64,000 bases of DNA. Source: a virus. Under the pieces are notes generated by a model. It was not told the origin of the DNA. It did no database searches and saw only the letters and a program-made list of their open reading frames with translations. Below, piece after piece: positions 12,301 through 19,654 of this stretch (its first letter is position 1; each line of letters opens with the position of its first letter). The DNA is taken from IMG/VR virus record IMGVR_UViG_3300032242_000468, positions 32,001 to 96,000 of that record, one strand, 5' to 3'. The position numbers and the translations under genes are program-made.

Positions 12301-12555
12301 GCCTAATCCGTCTATAGTGATGTCAGTGCCAGAACCTGCGGGAGTTATTTTTTGATTGTTAAAATTTAATTTACCTAATTCACTGCTAAACTGAGTAACA
12401 CCTTTAATGTCTTGTTTTAATGTATATCCGTCGTCTGTAGATGGTGCTTGACCTAAGTTGGGCATTGCTTGGTCAAGGCCAAGCCACTTCCAACGGTCTG
12501 GAGTCATTTCGGCAAATGACTTTAATTTTTTTCTTTGACTTACTAGACGACTCAT
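379..12555 (-). CDS. Giant virion structural protein (4058 aa): split beta-helix-like scaffold carrying 20 C-x-R-D helical repeats
   Basis: Uninterrupted ORF, Thr/Ser-rich. It has an N-terminal YVTVDGDDTNDG motif typical of pectin-lyase-like fibre domains, 20 repeats of ~163-170 aa with C-x-R-D, and a C-terminus (SYISASGYLFEYVGAG...GKVFFTSTDQNGDFRIG) shared with the 2197-aa paralog. It lies in a late-promoter operon. Confidence 0.8.
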   Translation of the reverse strand: MSRLVSQRKKLKSFAEMTPDRWKWLGLDQAMPNLGQAPSTDDGYTLKQDIKGVTQFSSELGKLNFNNQKITPAGSGTDITIDGLGKSEINFKPSTTVKVSGKLNVTGDTLINGKIRVLGEDPLGTAPFVGNTLYVTVDGDDTNDGRAQDASRACRTIAGAIRSPYYQEGTTIRVAAGHYFEENPLVLLPNTSVIGNDLRTTFVEPLNKDLDLFHVNSGVYIAQMAMINQRRGSVERYAPGGAGTYTTGAYATAFPPNLGNPIDVYHSPYIQNCTNQSGPWLYDGSMFIPNQTVQIPDAAGTSTWVAGQSTITVYISTGTIAVGMSINDAANEGYRNAQLLLRANRNFLQNEVVAYVNTTYNGFYYNQDTCKRDTGLIVDAITQDLLFGGYSQSNFAGLQYWNQGGDTSATIPGEINTTTKAIQFAGKLAAQVITGTTGTRYQSTVTQITATLLGTSVEAKKVSNDFNVIVNILNRGTVGVTDTIVPNGIVANSATNVVNAYNALQINKEFIRNETLAYIETLRSGFYYNQQNCGRDTGLIVDALALDLLYPTAGNSQSTFAGLQYWSQSTTTNAILPGEFNTTTNAFRYVSSLTQLIVRNITTGTRYQTTSSQVTATYTAATAVESGIIKTDFNTFINILTSGTTGVTDIIVPNGIDKSIATGTVRAYNLIQINKDYIQREAIAYIDAVSSSTHFTYNKETCFRDVGYVLDSICFDLLHGGNKQAVQSGVYYYGYNTSTVLANEMPATLDAYQYLASLSQSIIQNVAVTPYQNTVTQVFSAYTATYIESADVLSIVNTITNIIQNGPSVAADKTPISLTSSTDTYSYQAAKLLESNRSFIQSEVIAYINSKYPPLFDYSKETCYRDLGYMIDSVSIDLLYGGNRQAIQSGVAYYGYTTSTAVPNEIPQVTAAYNYISSILPSIITGQTISPQQTNVLQVTNLVGGQTTQGTQAQLIVSTITNIINNGPSVSQPLSPLPLNPSTNSYVKNAAAILEANRAFIQAEVIAYIGNNYFVYNQPLCFRDVGLIVDAVSGDARYGGNKRSIIAGLSYWSGTNSLITGQQVETVGAIDYLASIAAKVVSNTPLTATYQTSVSQVIDTTKPNGGVTAGRLTTDFGIITTIINGGPTTAPAVVDDIYALIVPSGLSPDAINTASQVTAVTEISTGCYAVTLNNPTIAPSDNATVYFGSTSVYPFLDDQIPEYWSTSTNADRRLDPNGSGGGALVDGNAPSLRSPIQSFVFDAFTQLNQGGIGIHIINNGYAQLVSVFTIFCSTSVLVENGGIASITNSNANFGNQCLVAKGIGQLSFAGIVWNPPFPTNIPNSEYYPIGYWPNAQQVEVFVPDNLNRPHIGQVMEIVPPATYLDYNGNRVPYINSEGYPGYLVASSNTSTVSTGSYTINDIDITDIAIGHTIHIKDIYGNEGPVTGQLYISTGTRVSDVNYRSITLDRPILNGGGDITNNNYLNLYFCGNAYYNVLSSVVDTSISSPISTLAAVLPTGEITTTSQAIAHAGELAVQIIANQLITTTYQTSVSQIIDTNFQHGADAATSVADKFNIIAGIVQNGAGTGPTIIRPSQYVNISEGVNSARRLLEENKNFLQAETVAYVDHIWPSQFVYDDVKCKRDTGLIVDALAQDLLFNTSSQSTFAGVQYWNQQGYVGAIGSELTTTTNAVIHLQGLVGEVLTNVTTGSRYFAGFAYDSVKCKRDTGLIVDSIVQDLLFSTSSQSVFAGLQYWAQSTSTSSIIPGEETTTTNTFKYVSRLVQQLVINSTGTRYQIGTTQNVSLPAASTSATVKADFDVFLNILTSGTAGVTDLIVPNGITASTATDAVNAYNIIRANRAYIQAEGVAYTNFISSGTGFTYSTTSCSRDIGFVVDSIAFDTLYGGNKQAVQSGVYYYNFTTTNTVIPNESVQTLGAYDHISNLLPWIVTGVTTSTYQQDVAQVTNLTPGTLNDAKSLQKSITTITNIITNGQTSSTVKSPIGMTITTTASILNAAAIVHANRDFIAAETIAYVNNYYNAQPFQITGTYKVSTATVNAVKGDFQYIINILQNGIAGVTDAIVPNAITSSTNNDIVQAYNKIQQNREFLQREIVAYVNSTSNFSYNQDNCFRDTGLIVDAIAFDMMYPSVGNSQSTFAGIQYWNQSTSTNGTIPGELATTTQAVIYLSSLAQQVVVNNTGTRYQNTTTQNISLTKATSLDASAVGADFGVIINILQNGTAGVTDTIVPNGRLTNTTSTNNAYAILQANREFMIEETLAYINYISSSTFVYNRDTCARDLGYMIDSVSFDLIHGGNRQAVQSGVYYYSYINTSSVITYELPQVNDAYNHLGQVVSTILLGNTVQKSPGNTATQVTYLLPASANEVVLASRYVSTITNIINKGPVVASPPKPIGLTPNSNPNVANAFSLLLANREFIQNEVIAYIDSKYTGFTYDQNKCFRDVGFMLDSVSFDTLYGGNRQAIQSGVYYYYYTTATVIPNEIPQTTAAYNYIKDLVQPIILGQTITNPQQTLVPQVTSLSYTYDSNKCFRDTGLLVDSFAIDLKFPVKGYTQSNFAGIQYWNQSTSTVGTIPGELTTTTKAIQYLSDLAQQVVVKSTGTVRRFVTTATQVTTGTTATYVQLYAVKNDFQYILNILNSGTSGVTDLIVPNGLTAVSTDATRAYNILQANKTYLQQQTLSYVSSIATGGFTFDTDKCYRDVGYMVDSVSFDILYGGNRQAIQSGVYYYSYTTSTAIPYQSAQTIAAYERLRDIVPQIVQNQAVTPSPNNTATQVTTLTSATIFESTQVQSMVDLIVNIINNGPTVANTATSIGLTATSTATVLNAAKILEANRDFIQNEIVNYVNYVYLVGQQTDVDFVRNHVDLITNIIDVGPSVAQDGTPIPLDPSDTTSTQNAAKLLNANRSFIQSEVIAYIDNRFNTKFKYDKTKCARDTGLIVDSIALDVLHEGTTQSVFSGLQYWNQDGYVNTIANEITTTTNAFRYLSEVIQNVVQSTPVTTSTGNTLTQSLFLPTGITATVAQVAADFDVILDILATGTNSVTDMIVPNSVTASTTVSNIYAFNILQANRAYLQQEAVAYVDYASNPSYVFDQNKCSRDTGLIVDAIVQDMLFNTSSQMTFAGLQYWNQGDYTGSIASEITTTTQAINYVSSLMQLVIQGISTGTRYQSTVSQITNVPHGAATDASAVLADFNIITNILSSGTAGVTDLIVPNGITSSTNVTTKNAYGIIQANKQYIQTEAVAYVNHITSSTGFVYDQAKCYRDVGFMVDSVSIDLLYGGNRQAVQSGVYYYTFSDTSSAIPGEQVKTTIAYDYIKTMLPYIVQGQAMPVTYQNTYTQTISVSTGTAAEVTLAQSKIDLATEIINNGPDIVTVKSPLGVTTSTNVNVVKAANLIHSNRTFIQAEVVAYISQTTSTFTYNRDTCARDVGYMVDSVCVDILYGGNRQAVQSGSYYYGYNSTSTAIPGESTQTLAAYAYLRSIVPKVIENIPVNSGYQLIHPQVFNTGSIGTSVEAAVAQSNLDVITNIIANGPSAAPDKTAIGTTASTATNVINAVQLLELNRSYLESEMTGYISSAYPGFSYSQAKCQRDTGLVVDAIAQDLLFGGTSQSTFAGLQYWNQNNDTSATIPGELTTTTAAIGYVRSLAQQIILSDTSGPRYSTGTQITTPYMGMASAATTLAGNMNVVLNILENGTAGVTDIIVPNSATTTDADTLNAYSILETNKDFIKNEVVARITNDNPGWNFDHTTCMRDIGYVIDCVGFDLTHTGNRQSVQAGVYYYGFGYTTAIPDEIPQTTAAYNYLREIVSNIITGQPVDNVYQIKIKQVTDMPVGTSAEVALVQANIDTITNIIVNGPSVAPAAMPIAYAESTNTNVLNTYNILEVNRDFIKAEITGYIDWTYTGQANYDKNKCYRDMGSIIDSVIFDVVNGGNYKSVNTGEGYYTRKGQYHIVTLEQNVTDPTLFVDGATVNFYQQSYISASGYLFEYVGAGTQYGALPQVGKADPVQSKETIQLNNGKVFFTSTDQNGDFRIGPTLVISQATGVLSGRTFQKSLYAEMTPFVLVIGGA

Positions 12556-12570
12556 ATATTTCTCAGGTTA

Positions 12571-12954
12571 TTAAGCGTTGGCTGTTTCTAGAATACTTAG
12601 GATTAGTTTGCAAGTACCAGTTGAATCGGCATATGCTCTAATGCTGTCTTGACTTTCTAAAATCATTTTACCTGTGATTAAAGAAGCAGAATCATTAGGC
12701 GGTATGTCATACCCTGCAACTAATTCTGTTTGTACATTTGGATCCTGTGCATTGTTACCTTGAGCATCTGGTAAGACTCTAAATCTTCTATAATGGCTAA
12801 AAGTTACTGTATGATCAACTGTATCAGTATTTGCAACCTGTGCCATAAGAATAATAGAAGTTACACCGATCGGAGCAACATACACACTAGCCGTTGTATT
12901 TGTATCTAAAATTTTTGTCTTTGTCTTAAACGTGTTTAATGGAATTAATGCCAT
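12571..12954 (-). CDS. Small putative virion structural protein (127 aa), paralog of 21209..21520
   Basis: SD AAGGAG upstream. Shares the pattern (I)PxxDS/ET...K(M/F)IL...DS(I/V)xA with the 103-aa ORF and sits between the two giant repeat proteins. Confidence 0.65.
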   Translation of the reverse strand: MALIPLNTFKTKTKILDTNTTASVYVAPIGVTSIILMAQVANTDTVDHTVTFSHYRRFRVLPDAQGNNAQDPNVQTELVAGYDIPPNDSASLITGKMILESQDSIRAYADSTGTCKLILSILETANA

Positions 12955-12970
12955 TTATATCTCCTTAATT

Positions 12971-15900
12971 TTAACCACCACCTTCGCCAACAACCAAGAT
13001 GAACGGTGTCATTTGAGCAAACAAACTCTTTGTAAATGTTCGTCCGCTTAACACACCAGTCGCTTGACTAATTACCAATCCTGGGCCAATTCGGAAGTCG
13101 CCGTTTTGGTCTGTGGAAGTAAAGAATACCTTACCATTATTTAACTGAACTGTTTCTTTGGTCTGATTTGGATCAACTCTACCAACCTGTGGTAGTGCAC
13201 CGTAATTGGTACCAGCCCCAACATACTCAAATACATATCCAGATGCACTCATATATGAGCGCTGATAGAAATTGACTGTGATACCATCTACAAACAATAA
13301 CGGGTCTCGAACTTGATCTTCTAAACTAACAATATGATATGTACCATCTTTTGTATAGTAGGTAATAGCGGCTTCTACTGCTCGACTATTACCGCCAGTA
13401 CCTAAATCATAAATCAATGCATCTATTATTAGTCCAACATCTCGGCGACATTTTTGTCTGTTATATGTAAATCCACTGTAGGTTTTGTTCACATATGCAA
13501 TGGTTTCTGCTTGAATATAGGCTCTGTTTGCCTGAATTAATTTATAGGCGGCTACTACATTACTATCACTGCTTGCTGTTAACGGAATAGGTACTTTTTT
13601 GGCATCAGTAATTGTTGCTGGACCGTTATTAATAATACCAGTCATTACATCAACAATACTTTGAGCCACGGTTGTTTGAGAATCAGTTCCTGGAACAAGA
13701 TTAGTAACCTGTGATACTGTATTTTGATAACTCGGACTTGTCGGAGTACCTGTGATAATCTGTCCAATAACACCTTTAATAAAATTGTATGCCGCAGTAG
13801 TCTGCGGAATTTCATTTGGAATAGATGTGTTTCCTGTAAATCCAAAATAGTAAGCACCGGCCTGAGTAGATTGTCTATTGCCACCGTGAAGGACATCAAA
13901 AGCCACGCTATCTAAAATGTAGTGTAGGTCTTTACTGCATCTCGTTTGATCGTACATAAATCCAGGATTGTTGTTATTAATCCAATTGAGTGTTGAAGTA
14001 ATAATTGATCCAGTATTGGCTAGCAGTGTATTATATCCATTAATAATTTGAGGGTCAGTACTTGCATTGCCATTAGGAACAATATTATCAGTAAGATTTC
14101 TTACTCCATTGTTAAGAATGTTTAGTACTGTTGTAAATGCAGAACTTACTAGACCAGATGTACCTCCATAACCAGAAGTCACACTAATAGCCGCATCTCT
14201 AGCATGTTGTATTGCCGAGGTTGTTGTAGTGAATTCTCCTGGAATAACAGTATTGGTATTTGTATTCTGTGACCAATATTGTAATCCAGCAAATGTTGAT
14301 TGGCTTGTACCACCGTATAATAAATCTTGAGAAATAGCATCAACTATTAACCCAGTATCTCTATAGCATTTTGCAGAATCATAAGTAAAACTAGGATATG
14401 TTTTGTCTACATATGCCACAGTTTCATTCTGAATGAATATTTTATTTTCAGTTAATAACTGTATTGCATCTGCACTGCCTAATGATTTTGCACCAGTTGC
14501 TGTAGATGCAGGAGCATTTTGCGGACCTTTTAAAATCACTCCTGTAATAATATCTAATTCGTTAGCAATAAATGACACAGATCCTGATCCGCTTGGATAA
14601 GCACCGTCAATTATTTGCAGTACAGTTGATGTATTGTATGTTGTTGTAAGTTGTGTATTGCTAATAACAGATTGGCAAACACTACTCATGTAATTAATAG
14701 CATCAGTTGTTTCGTTTTCTTGTCCTTTAATTTTACTTTGTCCTGTAGGATAAGGACTATTTGCTGAGTAACTTGTTAGAACACTATAGTAAGCATTACC
14801 GCAAGTATAGATATTAAAATAATTTAGATTACCTTCTTCATATCCAGTTGCTGTAATGGGATTACTTAAAGTAATAGTTTGATAGGTAATAGTTGTAATA
14901 TAGGTACCGGTCGCAACATAAGGAGTTCCTGTACCATTTTGATCTGCGGTATATCCGTACTGATCTTTAATATAAACATTTTGTCCAACTGCCATATCAG
15001 TTGTATCAATACCACTGATTTGATAACTTCCTACAAACAAAGTACTTGTATTACTTTCGGCTGTTAAGAATCCGGGATAACCTTGAGCATTACGATAAGG
15101 AACGGTATTTCCGTCGTAGTCAACATATTCATCGGGTGGAATAACTTCCATTACCAAACTGATGTGTGGTCTATTGTCAGCACTTGGAACAAATATACAA
15201 ACATTAGCATCGTTAGGGAAATAACCCTGAGGATAATTTTCATTTGCTATAAAACTATTTGTTAGTTTGTCATACTGATAGTTAGGAGGATTATAAACTG
15301 TGCCTCCGAACTCTCTAGGACCAAAGCCCTCTGCTAACAAACAAATATCACCAAAGTTGGCATTACTGTTAACAATAGAAGCAATACCGCCGCCCTCTAC
15401 GTGTACACCAATGTCAGAGAATACTGTAAACACAGAAACTAACTGTGCATATCCTTTATTAATAATATGTACACCTGGTCCGCCTTGTGTTAATTGTGTA
15501 AAAGCATCGAACACAAACGATTGAATTGGACTGCGAGATGACGGTGCATTGCCATCTACTAAAGCGCCACCACCTGAGCCGTGCGGATCAATTCTTCTGT
15601 CTGCTTCACCATTATTGCCCCAAGTACTTGGAATATTTTTATCTTCTACTGGGTACACAGTTACATTGCCAATATAAAGTGTATCGTTGGTAACGGTAGA
15701 AATTGTCGAAGTACTAATAGTAATCAATAATTGTGTAACCGTTGAATAAGTAGCAGGTGGTGCATATTCAGGACCATCTTGAATAATTGTAGTAATAGCA
15801 TCAAAATTTCTTGATACTAAATCAGCAGCCACATAACCACCACCTAATTGTGAATTGATTGTTTGAGTAACAACAGTGGCAGATGTTGCTGTTTGTAATG

Positions 15901-18900
15901 ATTGAATGATTGGCTCATTGGCAATAATTCTTAGAGCAAGTTCTTTAGCAAATTGAATTGCTCCCGCAGTTTCTTTCAACTGACCATTGATAACACTAAC
16001 TGCACCATCCCAATATTGTGTTCCGGCATAGATACTTTGTTGATTAGAGTGATTACTGATATCTGTAACTACGCTGTCAACTATCAATCCTGTATCTCTA
16101 AAACACAACGGTTCGTTGTAACTAAAGACAAACGGATCTATAAATGTTGTTTCAACAAATGCTAAAACTTCTTTTTGTATAAACGTTCTATTGGCAACTA
16201 GCAGATTATAAGCATTAGTTAAATTTGTGCCTGTATCATAAGTTAAAGGTAATGCAGTCTTGCTTCCTGCGGCACTAGGACCTAATCTAATAATATTATT
16301 AATCAAATTCACACGTTCAACTACAACAGCGGCTTCGGCAGCCGTACCAGGAGTAAGTTGTACATTTTGAGCAACATCTGTTTGATAAGGTGTTGTTATT
16401 GTGATGCCTTGAACAATTTTTTCAGTAATAAATTTTAGATATTTGTAGGCCGCAGTGGTTTGTGGAATTTCGTTAACTAGTACTGTACTAGTACTGTTAT
16501 AGTTGTAGTAGTATGTACCTGCTTGTATAGACTGTCTATTACCGCCTCGTAGGGTATCAATTAGCACAGAATTTATAACATAACCTGTATCTCGTCGGCA
16601 AATAGTTTCATCAAATGTAAATCCCGGAGCGGCATTCTGTCGTACATACTCAATAGTTTCATCAATGATAAAATTCTTATTAGTGACTATCAAATTATAG
16701 GCGGCCACTGTGCCTTGGTCTGTTGTTACTGATCCATTTGGTTGTATAGCATTTGTTACCCAACTTGAACCTGTAGTTAAAATATTGATTACAGTTTGCC
16801 AATTACCTTGTATAGTTGTGGCACCTAGTAGTGATCCTGTAGCGGTTGAATATATTTGACGAGAATTTGTCTGTAACGGAACAATAGGAAGATTTTGAGC
16901 AATATTAAAACAGATGTCTCTAGCATGACTAAATGCCTGTGTTGTGGTTGTCAGTTCTGCAGGAATGATACTGTCTGCAGATGAAGACTGATTCCAATAT
17001 TGTAAACCTGCAAATGTAGAGTTTGAATCGCTCTTATAAATTAAATCCATTGCAATACTATCAACAATCAACCCGGTATCTCTTGAACAACTTGTACTGT
17101 TATAGGTAAAGTTTAATTTTGTAAAAGTTTGATCAATATATGAAACTATTTCGTTCTTAATCCAATTAGCATTGATATTAATCAAATTAAGACTATTAAT
17201 AATATTTGTTAGTGTAGTAGGAGTAATTCCATTGCTAACTAGTGGAGGAGTAACATCTGGACCATTAAGAATAATGTTGTTTAGTATTCCTATGTTTTGT
17301 GCTATCAACTCGGCACTGGCAATAGATCCAGTTGAAGAATTACTTACATACTGTGTAACTGTGGAACAATAAGGATCAGTAATTAAAGTATTTGTTACAA
17401 CATTTTTAATTACCTGTGCTAGGTATTCATAAGCCGCAACTGTTTCTGGAATCTCGCCAGCAATGGTAGAAGTTGTAGAACGACCAGTTCCAGTCCAGTA
17501 CTGAGTTGCGGCATTAATAGTCTGTTGATTGCCTCCAAACGATAAATCGCTAGTCAGCGCACCCAGTATTAATCCTATGTCTCTAAAGCATGTACTTCTG
17601 TCATAGGTGAAACTTGTTGTTGGCTGTCCAACATAATTTTGATTCACAAAAGCAACTGTTTCAGATTGAATAAATCCTCGGTTAGCATTTAACAATGCCG
17701 CCGCATTTGAATATCCTTGTTCATTTAATAAAATATCAGTTAATAAATTACCTAAGCCATCTATTGTTGAAGTAGTTAATTCACCACCACCTAAACTAAT
17801 ATTAAAAGTTTGAGCACTAATATTTCCTGTTGTTATTGCTATAGGAGTATTTGTTACAACATTTTTCAAACACTGAGTCAAATATTGATAAGCATCAACG
17901 GTAGGTGTTAATTCAGCACCTAGTAAATTTGAATTGTTAATAAAATATTGTTGGCCTGCATACACTACATTAGCATTACCGCCTAACAATACATCTTTAC
18001 TAAAAGCATCAATAATATATCCTGTGTCTCTTGAACACAAAGATTGATTGTACACTAATGAAGGATACTTCCAATTGATATAAGAAACAATCTCTGATTG
18101 TAGGAATACTCCGTTTTCAGAAATTAATGTTACTGCATGTTGAACACTGGTATTTGCATTAGTAACTGTTGTAATCACTGCTACAGGAATAGCAGGATCT
18201 ACAGTAAATCCTGTTCCGTTAACTGCCATTCCTACTTCTAACTGCTGGCTAGTTAGAACAGGATTAATGTTGATTAATAATGTTGTGGTATTAGCAACAT
18301 AGGTACTTGTTGCTACAACTAACGGAACTTGAACCGTATTGTTTGGAACAAACATTGTTTTATCGTACAACCATGGTCCGGATAAATTGGTACAGTTTTG
18401 AATGTATGGACTGTGGAATACATCAATAGGATTATCTAATCTTGGAGGAAATGCCGCACAGTATGCACCTGTAGTATATGTTCCAGCACCACCCGGAGCA
18501 TAACGTGTTACCGATCCTCTACGCAGATTTAAAAAAGTCATCTGTGCAATGTACACTCCAGAATTAACATGAAATAAATCTGTATCTTTATTAATGGGTT
18601 CTAAGAATGTCGTACGAAGGTCATCGCCGATAACGCAGGTATATGGTAACAATTCAATAGGATTGTTTTCCATATAGTGACCTGATAGGACTTTAATAAC
18701 TGTACCTTGTTGATAGTAAGGGCTCTTTGTAGCACCACTTACAGTTTTACAAGCACGAGTTGAATCCATTGCTCGGCCATCGTTAGCATCATCCCCGTCC
18801 ATTGTAACATACAATACATTAGTAACAACTGGTGATGTTCCTAATGGATTTGTTCCGTAAACTGCAATATCGCCGTTGACTGTTAGTGTTTTGTTTATTG

Positions 18901-19564
18901 TTCTTTGAAGTTTCGGAATGTCCGGAAACATCTGAAAATTAGTTGCAGTACCAATTGTATCAATACTGTTACCATAGATAGTATCTAGATAGGCTGATTT
19001 CCAGACATTGGCTGTAGAGCCTAAAGAATATTGAGAAACAATATTAGTATTTGTTACAAGTATTGTAGTAGATGTACCAGTGCCTGAACTTGTTGTAGTA
19101 ACAGATGTTTGAGTACTTACATATGGAAGAAAATTTGATTTAACTTCTGAATTAAAAGTAATTGTATTAGTAAGTGTGTTAAACCCTAGAGTAACATTGC
19201 CGTTAACTGATAAATCTTGACTAACAAATAACGAACCAGTTATAGTAGTATCGGCAATGATTGCTACTGTGGCACTATTGGCTGGTTGAACAGTTATAGG
19301 ACCTTTTGTTGTGGTTAAAAAACTTTGATTAGTTGATGTATTTGAATATAGATAAAACAGACCAATTGTGGCTGTATTAACTTTAAGAGCATAACCGTAA
19401 ATATCGCCCGAAACATCTAAGGCTGCGGCTGGTTGAAGATTAAGAATACCAATACGTCGTTTACCAACATCCCATTGCATGAGATTGGTATCCATTGTAA
19501 TGTTAACACCGTCACGAGTCAGGTTACTGGCAAGTAACGGACCGGTAATGCGACCAATGGCCAT
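12971..19564 (-). CDS. Large virion structural protein (2197 aa), paralog of the 4058-aa protein with 8 C-x-(R/K)-D repeats
   Basis: MAIGRITGPLLASNL start with SD AAGGAG. Near-identical conserved blocks with the 4058-aa ORF (RYAPGGAGTYTTGAY, HSPYIQNCTN, GGGALVDGNAPS, FFTSTDQNGDFRIG). Confidence 0.8.
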   Translation of the reverse strand: MAIGRITGPLLASNLTRDGVNITMDTNLMQWDVGKRRIGILNLQPAAALDVSGDIYGYALKVNTATIGLFYLYSNTSTNQSFLTTTKGPITVQPANSATVAIIADTTITGSLFVSQDLSVNGNVTLGFNTLTNTITFNSEVKSNFLPYVSTQTSVTTTSSGTGTSTTILVTNTNIVSQYSLGSTANVWKSAYLDTIYGNSIDTIGTATNFQMFPDIPKLQRTINKTLTVNGDIAVYGTNPLGTSPVVTNVLYVTMDGDDANDGRAMDSTRACKTVSGATKSPYYQQGTVIKVLSGHYMENNPIELLPYTCVIGDDLRTTFLEPINKDTDLFHVNSGVYIAQMTFLNLRRGSVTRYAPGGAGTYTTGAYCAAFPPRLDNPIDVFHSPYIQNCTNLSGPWLYDKTMFVPNNTVQVPLVVATSTYVANTTTLLININPVLTSQQLEVGMAVNGTGFTVDPAIPVAVITTVTNANTSVQHAVTLISENGVFLQSEIVSYINWKYPSLVYNQSLCSRDTGYIIDAFSKDVLLGGNANVVYAGQQYFINNSNLLGAELTPTVDAYQYLTQCLKNVVTNTPIAITTGNISAQTFNISLGGGELTTSTIDGLGNLLTDILLNEQGYSNAAALLNANRGFIQSETVAFVNQNYVGQPTTSFTYDRSTCFRDIGLILGALTSDLSFGGNQQTINAATQYWTGTGRSTTSTIAGEIPETVAAYEYLAQVIKNVVTNTLITDPYCSTVTQYVSNSSTGSIASAELIAQNIGILNNIILNGPDVTPPLVSNGITPTTLTNIINSLNLININANWIKNEIVSYIDQTFTKLNFTYNSTSCSRDTGLIVDSIAMDLIYKSDSNSTFAGLQYWNQSSSADSIIPAELTTTTQAFSHARDICFNIAQNLPIVPLQTNSRQIYSTATGSLLGATTIQGNWQTVINILTTGSSWVTNAIQPNGSVTTDQGTVAAYNLIVTNKNFIIDETIEYVRQNAAPGFTFDETICRRDTGYVINSVLIDTLRGGNRQSIQAGTYYYNYNSTSTVLVNEIPQTTAAYKYLKFITEKIVQGITITTPYQTDVAQNVQLTPGTAAEAAVVVERVNLINNIIRLGPSAAGSKTALPLTYDTGTNLTNAYNLLVANRTFIQKEVLAFVETTFIDPFVFSYNEPLCFRDTGLIVDSVVTDISNHSNQQSIYAGTQYWDGAVSVINGQLKETAGAIQFAKELALRIIANEPIIQSLQTATSATVVTQTINSQLGGGYVAADLVSRNFDAITTIIQDGPEYAPPATYSTVTQLLITISTSTISTVTNDTLYIGNVTVYPVEDKNIPSTWGNNGEADRRIDPHGSGGGALVDGNAPSSRSPIQSFVFDAFTQLTQGGPGVHIINKGYAQLVSVFTVFSDIGVHVEGGGIASIVNSNANFGDICLLAEGFGPREFGGTVYNPPNYQYDKLTNSFIANENYPQGYFPNDANVCIFVPSADNRPHISLVMEVIPPDEYVDYDGNTVPYRNAQGYPGFLTAESNTSTLFVGSYQISGIDTTDMAVGQNVYIKDQYGYTADQNGTGTPYVATGTYITTITYQTITLSNPITATGYEEGNLNYFNIYTCGNAYYSVLTSYSANSPYPTGQSKIKGQENETTDAINYMSSVCQSVISNTQLTTTYNTSTVLQIIDGAYPSGSGSVSFIANELDIITGVILKGPQNAPASTATGAKSLGSADAIQLLTENKIFIQNETVAYVDKTYPSFTYDSAKCYRDTGLIVDAISQDLLYGGTSQSTFAGLQYWSQNTNTNTVIPGEFTTTTSAIQHARDAAISVTSGYGGTSGLVSSAFTTVLNILNNGVRNLTDNIVPNGNASTDPQIINGYNTLLANTGSIITSTLNWINNNNPGFMYDQTRCSKDLHYILDSVAFDVLHGGNRQSTQAGAYYFGFTGNTSIPNEIPQTTAAYNFIKGVIGQIITGTPTSPSYQNTVSQVTNLVPGTDSQTTVAQSIVDVMTGIINNGPATITDAKKVPIPLTASSDSNVVAAYKLIQANRAYIQAETIAYVNKTYSGFTYNRQKCRRDVGLIIDALIYDLGTGGNSRAVEAAITYYTKDGTYHIVSLEDQVRDPLLFVDGITVNFYQRSYMSASGYVFEYVGAGTNYGALPQVGRVDPNQTKETVQLNNGKVFFTSTDQNGDFRIGPGLVISQATGVLSGRTFTKSLFAQMTPFILVVGEGGG

Positions 19565-19575
19565 CTTCGCTCCTT

Positions 19576-19650
19576 ATACACCGAGTTTCACGGATAACCA
19601 CCTTACATTGCGGGTTTACCACAGTATGATCTGCTAGAAACTCTAGCATC
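19576..19650 (-). ncRNA. Candidate structured 5' leader (cis-regulatory RNA) of the 2197-aa gene
   Basis: Lies between the TAAATA box and the SD. It contains hairpin UGCUAGA/UCUAGCA, then a multibranch element AUAC-[UGUGG/CCGCA]-[CCG/CGG]-GUAU abutting AAGGAG. Confidence 0.45.
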
Positions 19651-19654
19651 GATA

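Noticed and set aside
379-19564. Diversity-generating retroelement or recent DNA duplication behind the repeats
   Set aside because: The repeats are diverged at synonymous sites, there is no adenine-specific TR/VR pair, and no reverse transcriptase is in the window.
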